DNA of 64,000 nt from a virus. Its lineage: Duplodnaviria > Caudoviricetes. Positions within the stretch are counted from its first letter, which is position 1. Each line of letters starts with the position of its first letter. Position numbers and translations under genes: made by a program. The notes beneath the pieces are model-generated. The model saw only the letters and a list, made by a program, of their open reading frames with translations, did no database searches and had not been told where the DNA came from. Positions 9,144 to 19,392 of the stretch are shown here, in pieces. The DNA is taken from IMG/VR virus record IMGVR_UViG_3300029305_003884, positions 114,043 through 178,042 of that record; one strand, 5' to 3'.

Positions 9144-11747
9144 ATGGCAACTAACATATCTCGAAAATACACCAACATATCGTATGATGACATCAGGGAC
9201 AACCTGTTGACCATCTTTAAGGCTAAGGGTGGCAAGCTTGCTGATTTCAGCACATCTTCATACGGAAGAATGATGATTGAACTCTTCTCTGGCGTAGCGG
9301 ACCTTATGGCCTACTACGGTGAAAGCTCGTTCAACAACGCCTTCCTTGAAACTGCCTACAACACCCCTGCCATCTATGCTGGTGCGAGAATGCTTGGATA
9401 CAGCATCCGCCGCCCAGTTCCTGCAAAGGCTGCCTTCGCTATACAGACCAAGAAGACTGGCGTCTATGGCAAGATTAAGATTTTCATCCCTATGGGCACC
9501 CAGTTCAGTATCGGTAGCAGCATCCTTACTGCCGTCAGTGATTCCGAATGGGAATATGACCGTAACAACGACCCCGATGAAACGGGCTTGCTGAAACTGA
9601 TATCGGGAACATGTGTTTGTGCTGAGGGATACTTCAAGGAAACTGTCTTCGTGTCTAACGGAACTCAGAACCAGACCTTCTATCTTGCTGATGGCGGGTT
9701 TAGTGACTATTTCGGGGAAAATGACCCCAACTATGCCGAAGACCATAAGTTTGAAAGCAGGAAGAATACTTTCACGAGCGTAACTACTGATGCTTCCCTT
9801 GTCGACAACTTCGACAGCACGGATGCCATCAATGGCAACATCTATTGGAGAATCTCCCGCAGAGGCTTCATTGACCCAGCCTTGGAAAACAAGGTGAACG
9901 ACATCGAGGCTTTCGTGGAAGGCGAAAACTCCACGACCAACTATACGGTCTTGCTTGAAACTGCCAACGACGGAAGCGTTCAGGTTAGGTTTGGTGACGG
10001 TCTGAAATCCGCCATTCCTTACGGAGAAGTGAAGGTTCACTACTTCTACACCAACGGTGAGCGTGGAAACCTCATCAATGTTGTCGGAACGAAGATTAAC
10101 CCGTACAAGTCCAACATTCACATCAGGAACGAGTACGAAAACGAATCCGATATCAAGCTGGATGACCTGAGTTTCGCCTTGACGAGCGATGTGAGGGGTG
10201 GTCTCGATATTGAAAGTATCGACTCCATCAAGAATAACGCCCCGTCAATCTATGCTACTTTGGATAGGCTGGTGAACAAGCTGAGTTACCAGATATTCCT
10301 CAGCAGGTATGCCGACATCAAGTATGCTACGGCATTTGGCGAGGACATTCTGAATACGAAGCTGCCTGACGGAACGCTTGACATCAAGTATATGAACCAG
10401 GTAAGGTTTACCGCAATCAAGGACCTTTACAGGTTGAAGGAAGATAAGTATTATCCTACCGCACCTGACGAGTATTTCCTCTCTGGATTCAAGGTTAACG
10501 GCTTGATGTACATCTGGCAATATGACAACCAGAAGATGCCCGACAAGACATGTGCATACAAGTTCAGGGATGCGATGGAAACCGCTGTGAATAACATAGC
10601 GGAAGTCCTGTACAACAACGACCCATCGCACAACGTCGAGTATTACAAACAGATGATGGTAAATGCAGTTCCTCATGGCCAGTCATTCCAGGATGTCGTC
10701 ACCTTGCCGTATGTCGATACGGTGTTCGGTGCTAAGCTGACCCCGTATGACTTTGTCGAGGTAGGAAGCGAAATTGACAGCATAATGAGGGCTCTGAACC
10801 GTCGTGGTATGATTACGGTTGGCGCTGGATACCACATGTATGTGTACCCAGTTGTGCATAACTACAACATTAAGCTTGACCTTATCCTGTATCGTGGAAA
10901 CAACTTCAGTGACATCAAGGAAAAGCTGAAATACAACGTATACAAGTACCTCAAAGACAATACAGATTTCAAGACTGGAATTTACAGGTCGAGGATTGCC
11001 TCCCTGATTCACGCTTTCCCCGAAGTGGCTGGCGTTAATGTCACGTTCGAGGCGGCAAACGACATGTATGACAACCTGGATTTGACCGAGTTGACATGGA
11101 TGGGTGATGCGACGAGTGAGTACATCACTTCTGGCTCGATAGGCAAGGAAGGATTCAACATTACGCTCGACTACACGCACCATGCACCTGGTCATGAGTC
11201 CTATACGGAATCTCTCACGTTCCCCGTTCCGTCTCAGACGGAAATGTCTAGCCTTATCAGCGCCTACTACAAGCAGTATCTGGCAACTACGGCAGATGGC
11301 AGGTATGTCATCAGGGAAGGAATCAACGAGGATGACGTAGACAAGTTCGTCGCCTATATTTGGGACCTTTTGATGCAGTCCATGTTCAAGTCGATTTATG
11401 CCGCATACAAGGATACCCGTGGAACGGGAGACCTCGACCGTGCGAACAGGTATTACGACTTGATTGATGCGATAAAGGGATGGACGCTGACGAAGGAAAA
11501 TAAGCTGGCTTTCGTCGATACGGACGTTGTGACTTCCTTGAAGGAAACGAACGGAAACTTCATGTATGACTACATCCGTTACGGATTGGAATACGTGAAG
11601 CTGGTCAGAAACATCCTCCTCTACAAGGTTGCCAAGAGCCTTATCGACAAGGACGGAAACATCACGAACTATTCTATGGACAATGAGATTGTCCAGTGCG
11701 AGATACATCCCGAGGACATCACGATTTCCTACGACAGGGAAATCTAA
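9144..11747 (+). CDS. Baseplate wedge subunit (T4 gp6-like)
   Basis: N-terminus 'YTNISYDDIRDNL..DFSTSSYGRMMIELF..AFLETA..LGY', plus 'VRFGDG' and 'GGLDIESIDSIKNNAP', all typical of gp6/baseplate J. Confidence 0.88.
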   Translation: MATNISRKYTNISYDDIRDNLLTIFKAKGGKLADFSTSSYGRMMIELFSGVADLMAYYGESSFNNAFLETAYNTPAIYAGARMLGYSIRRPVPAKAAFAIQTKKTGVYGKIKIFIPMGTQFSIGSSILTAVSDSEWEYDRNNDPDETGLLKLISGTCVCAEGYFKETVFVSNGTQNQTFYLADGGFSDYFGENDPNYAEDHKFESRKNTFTSVTTDASLVDNFDSTDAINGNIYWRISRRGFIDPALENKVNDIEAFVEGENSTTNYTVLLETANDGSVQVRFGDGLKSAIPYGEVKVHYFYTNGERGNLINVVGTKINPYKSNIHIRNEYENESDIKLDDLSFALTSDVRGGLDIESIDSIKNNAPSIYATLDRLVNKLSYQIFLSRYADIKYATAFGEDILNTKLPDGTLDIKYMNQVRFTAIKDLYRLKEDKYYPTAPDEYFLSGFKVNGLMYIWQYDNQKMPDKTCAYKFRDAMETAVNNIAEVLYNNDPSHNVEYYKQMMVNAVPHGQSFQDVVTLPYVDTVFGAKLTPYDFVEVGSEIDSIMRALNRRGMITVGAGYHMYVYPVVHNYNIKLDLILYRGNNFSDIKEKLKYNVYKYLKDNTDFKTGIYRSRIASLIHAFPEVAGVNVTFEAANDMYDNLDLTELTWMGDATSEYITSGSIGKEGFNITLDYTHHAPGHESYTESLTFPVPSQTEMSSLISAYYKQYLATTADGRYVIREGINEDDVDKFVAYIWDLLMQSMFKSIYAAYKDTRGTGDLDRANRYYDLIDAIKGWTLTKENKLAFVDTDVVTSLKETNGNFMYDYIRYGLEYVKLVRNILLYKVAKSLIDKDGNITNYSMDNEIVQCEIHPEDITISYDREI

Positions 11748-11756
11748 GGGGCGATA

Positions 11757-14700
11757 ATGGCAAAGAATCCTATTGCAGTAAATGACGGCGGTCTATTCCG
11801 CTTCGTAGATTTCATGAACTACGTCCCAGACTTCCTGAAGGAAGAAGAGGACGTTGTTACCCTTATGCAGCTGTTCAGCGACTACCTGAACAACGCTTAC
11901 AGGAACCTCGAAGATTCGACTAGGTTTACGTTCAACTTTTTTGCTACCGAGAGTACGGCAAAGGCGATGAAGAACCGCATTGACGAGTTTGTCAAGAAAC
12001 TGTCTGCATGCGATAGCAACAACCTTTATGTGTACTACCTGTCATTGCCTAGAACCAATGCTACGTACAATACGACGAAGGCGTTGAGTTATATCAAGAA
12101 CAACATCTATTATGAGGGTGAGTTTAGCGAGACAATCCCTCTGGATGTGTACAAGAACATGATGAAGGGCAATAGCAGTGGCGACCCGTCGAACGATGGT
12201 GACGTAATCTATATCCAGTACAAGGACAATAGCGTTTATCCGTATTACATTAACAAGGCAGATAACCTGTTGGTGCTCGACCCGATGAGGACTTCGCAGG
12301 ACCCGTTCAAGAATACGATGAATGCGATGATTAACGGCGCCCCTCGTGTGATTAAGTTCATCCCGAAAGATGTGAGCGAAGCTGTTGTTTCCTTTGTCGG
12401 TCAGATTAACAACGCCAATGTGTACAGCATCAAGTTCGATGTCACGATTGACGAGGTGGAGAATTCCCCGTCGAGATACCGTGAGGAAATCGGTACCGAC
12501 ACCATTGATGTAGACCTTTATAAATACTTTGGTGAAAATACCAATTATGTTTCCATAGACAACGCCAACGGTGGCGAGATTTTCAGCTGGAATGGCGATG
12601 CTCCGACTGGAATATTCTACTTCAAGGACCTGTATGAGTTCATGAACGGAAAGGACTCGTATATCTATCAGGAATACAGGATAGAAAAGGTAGAGTTTAT
12701 CGAGAACGAACAGAATCCGAACCAGTCTGGCTCTGGATATCTGACTTTGTCCAATGTGGTCAACCTTAATGTAGGCGATTCGTTCATTATTGAAAGCAAC
12801 GAGATTGTCGGAACTAGCGGCGCCCGTGATGTGACGCTGGCTGGTCAGTATACTGTCGAGACCGCACCTTGCGGAAACATATTGAAGGTAAAGTTCAGGG
12901 ATGTGATAGACCTTACTCCTGGCGTATCTCGTGTAAAATACATGACTATGCCCAACAGGCTGTATAAGTATGCGGTGTCTTATTCTCATCTTGGTTACGA
13001 TTATGGCAATGTAACGCCGAAACTCGAATGGGACCCAGACGCTTCCATAAATGCGGAAGCGGTTAAGGTAGGCGATACTGTATATCCGTACACGACTAGG
13101 GGTAACAAGAAGATTGGCGAACTCCGTTTTGAAAACATGTACAGTTTTGAGGACGACCCTAACGATTCCGATAACTACATAAACGTGAAGGTTAAGAATT
13201 TCGTGGATATTCCAGGTACTATCGAAATCATTGCGGGTAACCACTACTATTTCGAATGCCGCCATGATGAGATGGAATCCGAAGAATGGGTCGATGCGCT
13301 TGACAGTGCGTTTGGTGATGCTTTTGATACTCCATTGGCAAGCTATTCCGTATCTGGCGGACGTTCGTATTTCAGAAAACTGACAGATAACGGACAGGTT
13401 AAGTTCCCGTTGGGAAAACGAAGCATAAAGAGGGCTGATGCAGATTCGTTGGTGGTCGATGTATATGCGATGGATGCTGCGATGGGATACTTTACAGACG
13501 AATATGATGCCCGAGATGTGGAGATGCACAGCGATGTCGTTCCTGAAGTAGGCGACTTCTGTTTAATATCAAAAATTGAGCGTGGTGATGAAGGAATTAT
13601 TCGAACCGAAGATAACAAATTGTATACGATTCAGCAGGCCACTCTGATGGACCCTGCTGGTGCAAAGTATCATGTATGGTTTGATAAGGATATTCCTGAA
13701 ATAACCGATGGAAACGATGAACCTACGATAAATGGATTATATGAGTTCACATTCTTGAAAGGACCCGCTAATAGGTCAAGGGCGGTTATTGGTTCAGTTG
13801 AAGGTAATACGGCAAAATGCCGTTATTGGTATGAAGATATATACACTGCGGATTACTGGATGCCGTCGGACGGTTCCTATCTGCTGAAGTGTGCCTACAA
13901 AGATGAATTTAATGATGTCATACGGATTAAGGAATTTATCCCTGGCAATGGATACAAGACTGGTGATATGGTCTACTGGCCGTTGACCAAGTCTATCTAC
14001 CGTGTTACGAAGCCTATCTCTGGTTCTGAGAGCGAGAGTGAATTGATTGAGAAAGGTGCCGTCGTACCTTATATGTACACGGTTGCCGACATTGCAAGAA
14101 AGCCGATTTACAACGATTACATGGAAGGAATCTTCCGTACATCGCAGCTTGAATATGGTGAGACGGTTGACATTGACCAGTATGAGAAGCTGAATGACGT
14201 ATTGAACAGGTTGTTCATTGAAAAGGCGGATGATAACAGGCTTATATTCGGATGGAAGGATAGGGACTTCCTGATGAACATGGCTACTTACAATACGTCG
14301 GGCAAGGCTAGGACGGGTTTCTGTGAATTCTATACGACATACGATGAAAATGACATCGTATTGAAGAACATGGAGAACTACTCGATAGCCAGCACGATTC
14401 CGGGGGAAGGCGTAACCTTGAAGGGCCTAGCCAATACGCTGGATATCACTGCAATGAGATTGAACGCAACAGAAACCGCCGCTGGCACATATATTGTTAC
14501 CGTAACTGCGGCAAAGCACAACCTGCCAGACCAGTCTAAAGTCAGGGTCAGCGGGGCGGTCAGTCCTTACGAAATGTTCGACTTCAATACCCCGCCTAAC
14601 GAATTCGATATCATTACCGTCATCGACCAGGATAACTTCACGTACGTAAGGCATTCTGATTATGACGAATCGAACATCACTGCTAGGGGAAATGTGACTA

Positions 14701-16946
14701 TCACTGGTTATCGTGACATCTACAACCCGATAACTAGGATAGACTATTATCTCACGCAGCCTGCGGAGGAAAAGTACAAACCTGGGTATCTGTACATACA
14801 CACGGCATACCCGCACGGCTATTCAATCTACACGAAGGCAACTATTGTCAATGCTCCGACAAATACCGCCAATGACGGATGGATTAACGAAGTCCTCGGA
14901 AGCAAGCACAAGGTCGATGTGATTGTAGATGACTACGTCTATGGAATTAAGCTCGATGCCGTTCACGTTCCTCTTGAAGGGGCTGAGTGGCTCCATTACG
15001 AGACGGGTTCCTCTCACTCGAACAATCAGTTGGAAAACTCGTATTCGATGGTTTCCCCTGAAGAAGGTGATGTCTTGAAGGTGGGCGACACGTACTACAA
15101 GGTTGGCATAATGGATTGGACGGAACTCTCTGGTGATACCATCGAGACACCGTTCTATCTGTATACCCACCAGAACATCATGGACATCTCGTCAACTAAC
15201 CCGTCGAGCGCCAAGGGTGACGAAAACTTGATAGAATCCATTACGTTTGACGGAAACGATACCGTGACGGTAGTGGTTCATGACAGGATGGACTTGGTCG
15301 AGAAGAAGAGCTGTGTGTACATAAGTGCGGTCTACCCGTTGGAATTTGATGGCCGATTTGTGGTGGATACCGTTGTTACCCCTCGTATGTTCACATACAA
15401 GGTGGTGCCGAAGAGCATTCCTGAAAAGGCGGTCTATGCGGTTAACAACTGCAAGATGACTTGCACGGAAGGAAAATGGTTCAAGTATCTTGTAAGCGAA
15501 GTCATGGTGAACCGTAAGTCCACCTATGAAATCTTCAAGTACGGAATTGCGATTGTTGATTCCATCGCACAGAAGCCGTCTCTGGACTATGTGGAAACCG
15601 AGATTCCACATGGATACAAAGAGGGCACACGCATTGTCCTGTATGTCGGAGAGAAATACTACAACGCCATTGTTACGGGAGTTGTCAACGAAAAGGCATT
15701 CCTGTACAAGTTTGCTGACGGCAGCCGTTCAATCGACGTGCTTGGTGGCTATGCATTCAAAGGTGTGTACATTCCAGAGAATGGACACCTTGACGATGTC
15801 GAGCCGCTTGGTATGTATAAGCAGTACCTGAACTGCATTGATGCCGAATACGATTTTAAGGAAGGCGACATTGTGTTCGCTTATGACAATCTCCATGACG
15901 ACATGCCTAAGAGGTATATCGTCAAGAAGGGTCTGTGGACACCGTGTACCGAAAAGCGTATCATGAAAATCAAGAAGATTGATATAGACAGGTATCATAA
16001 CAACGAGTGGGATAATGCCGCAACGGATGAGATGATTGATGAGTATGTGTACCACCCGTATACCTACCCTGAAATGGAACGCATGATAGCCGAGGACCTG
16101 GATAATGGAATCTCGTCCTACATAATGCCGTTCCACATCAGGAGCTACAACTTCTCAAGCCCGTACGTGGAGAACATCGACACGACGGAACAGCCGATGC
16201 CTCAGTTCAACTCGAAGCATGACTATGCTTCTGTCGCACCTCGCTTCGACATGGATGATAAGTTCAAGGGAATCCCAGATATGAAGTATCCTCTGGTTGA
16301 AAAGCTGGAACGCCTAATCTATCTCAGGGACGCCAATGTAATCGACTTTGAGCTTATCGGATATCTGGCCAGGTTCATGGGATATGACATCACCGATGCC
16401 AAGAACGACGTTGATGCCAACCGCATGTATGCCACTAGGGAAGACCGTGAAAAGGCTTTGAGGGAAACCGTGTCCAACCTTCCGCAGTACTACACGCTTG
16501 GCGGCACAAGGCCGGGCCTCGAAATGCTTATGGAAACGTTCGGCCTGGTGGCCGAGGTTATCACGATGTGGACCGATGTCGACCGTCCGTATGACGAACT
16601 CATCGAAGAAGACCAGGTTAGCATCCGTGAAAATTCCGACTATGAGCAGGGAAAGATAAGTAAGTGGGTTCCTACACATCACGTCAAGGTAAAGTTCCGC
16701 AGCGATGCCAACTTCGACAACGGTGTCGTTGGTGACGAGAAGGTAAATACCTTGATAAAGAACATCAAGTGCTTCAAGCCAATCCAGGTTGTGTTCGATG
16801 ATTTCATCAAGTATCTTGACCTTCCCCACGGGAAAATATATGTTAAGAACGTAACGTTCACGAACACTGGAAAGACGGACGTGAACATGAATTACAATAT
16901 CGATGACAGCGAATCTGAGATGTGTGGTAATATATGGGACAAATGA
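11757..16946 (+). CDS. Large baseplate wedge protein (gp7-like / tail protein I-like C-terminus)
   Basis: Follows gp6. 'YVPDFLKE' N-terminus; C-terminal 'IGYLARFMGYDI..LPQYYTLGGTRPGLEMLMETFG'; internal 'xTxxxHG/N' beta repeats. Confidence 0.7.
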   Translation: MAKNPIAVNDGGLFRFVDFMNYVPDFLKEEEDVVTLMQLFSDYLNNAYRNLEDSTRFTFNFFATESTAKAMKNRIDEFVKKLSACDSNNLYVYYLSLPRTNATYNTTKALSYIKNNIYYEGEFSETIPLDVYKNMMKGNSSGDPSNDGDVIYIQYKDNSVYPYYINKADNLLVLDPMRTSQDPFKNTMNAMINGAPRVIKFIPKDVSEAVVSFVGQINNANVYSIKFDVTIDEVENSPSRYREEIGTDTIDVDLYKYFGENTNYVSIDNANGGEIFSWNGDAPTGIFYFKDLYEFMNGKDSYIYQEYRIEKVEFIENEQNPNQSGSGYLTLSNVVNLNVGDSFIIESNEIVGTSGARDVTLAGQYTVETAPCGNILKVKFRDVIDLTPGVSRVKYMTMPNRLYKYAVSYSHLGYDYGNVTPKLEWDPDASINAEAVKVGDTVYPYTTRGNKKIGELRFENMYSFEDDPNDSDNYINVKVKNFVDIPGTIEIIAGNHYYFECRHDEMESEEWVDALDSAFGDAFDTPLASYSVSGGRSYFRKLTDNGQVKFPLGKRSIKRADADSLVVDVYAMDAAMGYFTDEYDARDVEMHSDVVPEVGDFCLISKIERGDEGIIRTEDNKLYTIQQATLMDPAGAKYHVWFDKDIPEITDGNDEPTINGLYEFTFLKGPANRSRAVIGSVEGNTAKCRYWYEDIYTADYWMPSDGSYLLKCAYKDEFNDVIRIKEFIPGNGYKTGDMVYWPLTKSIYRVTKPISGSESESELIEKGAVVPYMYTVADIARKPIYNDYMEGIFRTSQLEYGETVDIDQYEKLNDVLNRLFIEKADDNRLIFGWKDRDFLMNMATYNTSGKARTGFCEFYTTYDENDIVLKNMENYSIASTIPGEGVTLKGLANTLDITAMRLNATETAAGTYIVTVTAAKHNLPDQSKVRVSGAVSPYEMFDFNTPPNEFDIITVIDQDNFTYVRHSDYDESNITARGNVTITGYRDIYNPITRIDYYLTQPAEEKYKPGYLYIHTAYPHGYSIYTKATIVNAPTNTANDGWINEVLGSKHKVDVIVDDYVYGIKLDAVHVPLEGAEWLHYETGSSHSNNQLENSYSMVSPEEGDVLKVGDTYYKVGIMDWTELSGDTIETPFYLYTHQNIMDISSTNPSSAKGDENLIESITFDGNDTVTVVVHDRMDLVEKKSCVYISAVYPLEFDGRFVVDTVVTPRMFTYKVVPKSIPEKAVYAVNNCKMTCTEGKWFKYLVSEVMVNRKSTYEIFKYGIAIVDSIAQKPSLDYVETEIPHGYKEGTRIVLYVGEKYYNAIVTGVVNEKAFLYKFADGSRSIDVLGGYAFKGVYIPENGHLDDVEPLGMYKQYLNCIDAEYDFKEGDIVFAYDNLHDDMPKRYIVKKGLWTPCTEKRIMKIKKIDIDRYHNNEWDNAATDEMIDEYVYHPYTYPEMERMIAEDLDNGISSYIMPFHIRSYNFSSPYVENIDTTEQPMPQFNSKHDYASVAPRFDMDDKFKGIPDMKYPLVEKLERLIYLRDANVIDFELIGYLARFMGYDITDAKNDVDANRMYATREDREKALRETVSNLPQYYTLGGTRPGLEMLMETFGLVAEVITMWTDVDRPYDELIEEDQVSIRENSDYEQGKISKWVPTHHVKVKFRSDANFDNGVVGDEKVNTLIKNIKCFKPIQVVFDDFIKYLDLPHGKIYVKNVTFTNTGKTDVNMNYNIDDSESEMCGNIWDK

Positions 16947-18154
16947 GAGAACATTTCCTGTATGACGCCTTGGTCGTAACGAACAAGGTTGACCCCGAAT
17001 TGAGGGGAGGTGTACAGGCTAGAATCATAGGTGAAACCGACGAAATTGACGACGATGCTCAGTATTTCGTCCGCCCAGACATGACCTGTCTGAACGCCGT
17101 CCCCGAGAAGGGATATTACCTGAAAGTCTACTTCATCGACGGGGACATAAGGCAGGGAAGGTATGTGGCGGTTTCTCCGTCAAAGGACGGATTCCTCGAT
17201 TACAACTACACGGCAAAGAACTCCTATCCTAACGTCGCCGTCTACAACCTTGGTGGTGACGGATTCATGCGTTACTACGACAGGGCGAAGCAGATGAGTA
17301 CGATAGACTGCCCGAACGGGGGTCATATCGTATGGGATGGAGAAAGCAAGATTTTGATGACGAGCGACAAGGCTTACGGCAATGCTGGAAACGGGGCCAA
17401 CAACAATGAAGGTGTACCCGAACATGCCGTATTGACCGAGGCGTCGATAGACATATTCACCGCAATGCCTGTCGGAAAGGGTGTCCTTAACCAGGGAAGT
17501 GAATATCTGACTATCCCGCATGTTTCGGCTAAGACCATCGAGATGTACAACAACCCGACTGCGGACAACAAGAGCAATGAACCGTCCGTCATAGTCGAGG
17601 GCGACCCGAGCGCAACGTTCCTTCCTATCAATGATGCTAATGGTAAGAAGGTTGATGAAGTCGAACTGTCATTGACTCGAAACTACATTTCGAGATTCGA
17701 CAAGAAGATAGGCAAGATTATCATCGGTATCAGCGATTCCAAGACGTTCCCCGAGATGGCTGACGAGTTCATGAAGGAAGGGTCGCAGTCCAGCGCCCAT
17801 TACCTTGTGGGCCAGATAGAAGGTGACCCTGAAATTGCATCTGAATCTAAGACGGGCATACTCAACAACTCTGGTTTCTTGCAGTTCGTCCAGTTGGACC
17901 AGGATGCCTATTATGCCAGCGGACTGGAATACAATGACGAGGCGGCGAATAAGAATGCCGTATCTATCGTGCTTGTCGCATCCGAGAACCCGCTGTCTAC
18001 GATTGGTTCGTACTCTACTTACCAGAAGAACATGGTGAAAAAGCTGATTGCTCACATAAGGGCCGAAGCAAAGGATGATACGATTCCAGTAATCAACGCC
18101 AGCGATTTGGATGGGCGACCGTCGCTACCAAAGGTATCAGAAACATTTGAATAA
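16943..18154 (+). CDS. Baseplate hub/spike (gp5-like OB fold) fused to an amidase_2-like domain
   Basis: 'VTNKVDPELRGGVQARI..VPEKGYYLKVYFIDGD' matches the gp5/VgrG OB fold; C-terminal 'SSAHYLVG..QFVQLDQDAY..NKNAVSI'. ATGA overlap with the upstream gene. Confidence 0.72.
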   Translation: MREHFLYDALVVTNKVDPELRGGVQARIIGETDEIDDDAQYFVRPDMTCLNAVPEKGYYLKVYFIDGDIRQGRYVAVSPSKDGFLDYNYTAKNSYPNVAVYNLGGDGFMRYYDRAKQMSTIDCPNGGHIVWDGESKILMTSDKAYGNAGNGANNNEGVPEHAVLTEASIDIFTAMPVGKGVLNQGSEYLTIPHVSAKTIEMYNNPTADNKSNEPSVIVEGDPSATFLPINDANGKKVDEVELSLTRNYISRFDKKIGKIIIGISDSKTFPEMADEFMKEGSQSSAHYLVGQIEGDPEIASESKTGILNNSGFLQFVQLDQDAYYASGLEYNDEAANKNAVSIVLVASENPLSTIGSYSTYQKNMVKKLIAHIRAEAKDDTIPVINASDLDGRPSLPKVSETFE

Positions 18155-18182
18155 AAAATGCCGACCATTGGTCGGCATTGTT
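18153..18182. terminator. Terminator hairpin between convergent genes
   Basis: AATGCCGACCA/TGGTCGGCATT inverted repeat; the preceding A run gives a U tract on the - strand. Confidence 0.8.
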
Positions 18183-18184
18183 CG

Positions 18185-19294
18185 TTATAGGTCGGCCCAG
18201 GGGTCATCCCCTGCGTCCAGCGAGGATGTTTCGACGACATCTCCTTTGTGGGCATTAGCAAAGGCTGCCCTTTGGTTTGTTAACAGTTTTGCTCGTTTTT
18301 TCTTTTCCTTGCTGATAGGCTTGTCGAAGTCGGCTGCATCTCTGTCGGACATATCAGAACTTGGGATAAAGCTAACGAAGTCAGCGAGTGTTGTGTCTAC
18401 CGATTCCACTGTGGTGTCTGAGGAGAACCTGTCGACATCTGCTTTTGGCTTTGTGTCCTTGTCGGAAGGATTCTCAAGCATTTTTTCGGCGTCCATGCGT
18501 TCTTCAGGAGTAGCTTCATGGCTGTCATCATCGCTGTCATAGAAGCCTTTTTCGTATGTAGAGATGTCAGAAGTGACCGTTGCGTCGAACTGGTTCGCAA
18601 CGAAATTGTTAATATCTTTTGCTAACGAGAAGATTGACGATTCGTTACTAAGAGTGGCTACTCTGAGCTTATCGTGGAATGCAGCAGCAATATCTTTCAA
18701 TAGCTGAACTACATATGTACCTGAACCGATAACGCTAAGACATTTGTCCATGCGGTCAGTATTGTAAGAGTTCCTCCTCCTGCCGGCAAGCGCTTCGGCC
18801 TGCCTCATGTACTTGTCTGAGTCGAATGAATTGAACTTGCTGATTAGCCAGTCTATGAATTTGGCCATGTTGTCTATATCACTGGGTTTACATAGGTTTT
18901 TGTCAAGTAGCTTAGGTGCTACCTTGACGTAAGCGTCAGCCAGCGTTGTGCCTGCTGTCGATTCAGTGCGTTTTGGTTCGGAAATCTCATCCTCAATTTC
19001 GGCGATATCGTCCGCAGGGTCTGGAGTGGTTCGTTCGCTAAGGTTGTCAGCAAGCGTGCTTGCGTCGACACCGTTTGCATCGAAGTCGTCGTCGGTGGAT
19101 TCGTCATCATTATCAATGTTAAGGACGTTTTCGCTGTCGTCTTCGTAGTATGCTTCATCAGAGTCCAAGTCGTCATATAGACCGATAGCATTTTCAAGGC
19201 ATACCTTGAATAGTTTCGTCAGTGCTTCGAGCTCTGGTTTCTGAACCCCCATCTGTGCGACGGATTCGGTAAAAAGTCTGAGTCGGTTGGTCAT
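18185..19294 (-). CDS. Acidic hypothetical protein carrying the shared 28-aa N-terminal leader
   Basis: ATG 19294 with AGGA upstream and the late motif at 19321. Leader LFTESVAQMGVQKPELEALTKLFKVCLE. Confidence 0.75.
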   Translation of the reverse strand: MTNRLRLFTESVAQMGVQKPELEALTKLFKVCLENAIGLYDDLDSDEAYYEDDSENVLNIDNDDESTDDDFDANGVDASTLADNLSERTTPDPADDIAEIEDEISEPKRTESTAGTTLADAYVKVAPKLLDKNLCKPSDIDNMAKFIDWLISKFNSFDSDKYMRQAEALAGRRRNSYNTDRMDKCLSVIGSGTYVVQLLKDIAAAFHDKLRVATLSNESSIFSLAKDINNFVANQFDATVTSDISTYEKGFYDSDDDSHEATPEERMDAEKMLENPSDKDTKPKADVDRFSSDTTVESVDTTLADFVSFIPSSDMSDRDAADFDKPISKEKKKRAKLLTNQRAAFANAHKGDVVETSSLDAGDDPWADL

Positions 19295-19320
19295 GAACAA
19301 TCCTGTGTCATTTACTTAAT

Positions 19321-19368
19321 ATAGTTTATAAGGGGGTGGAACGGATTCCGTGCCACATTATAAACTAT
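19321..19368. promoter_or_regulatory. Back-to-back late-type promoters (- at 19321-19330, + at 19359-19368)
   Basis: Exact motifs with a 28-bp spacer, as at 3348-3395. Confidence 0.82.
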
Positions 19369-19392
19369 TGTTGTATTTCAGAGACTATCGAT

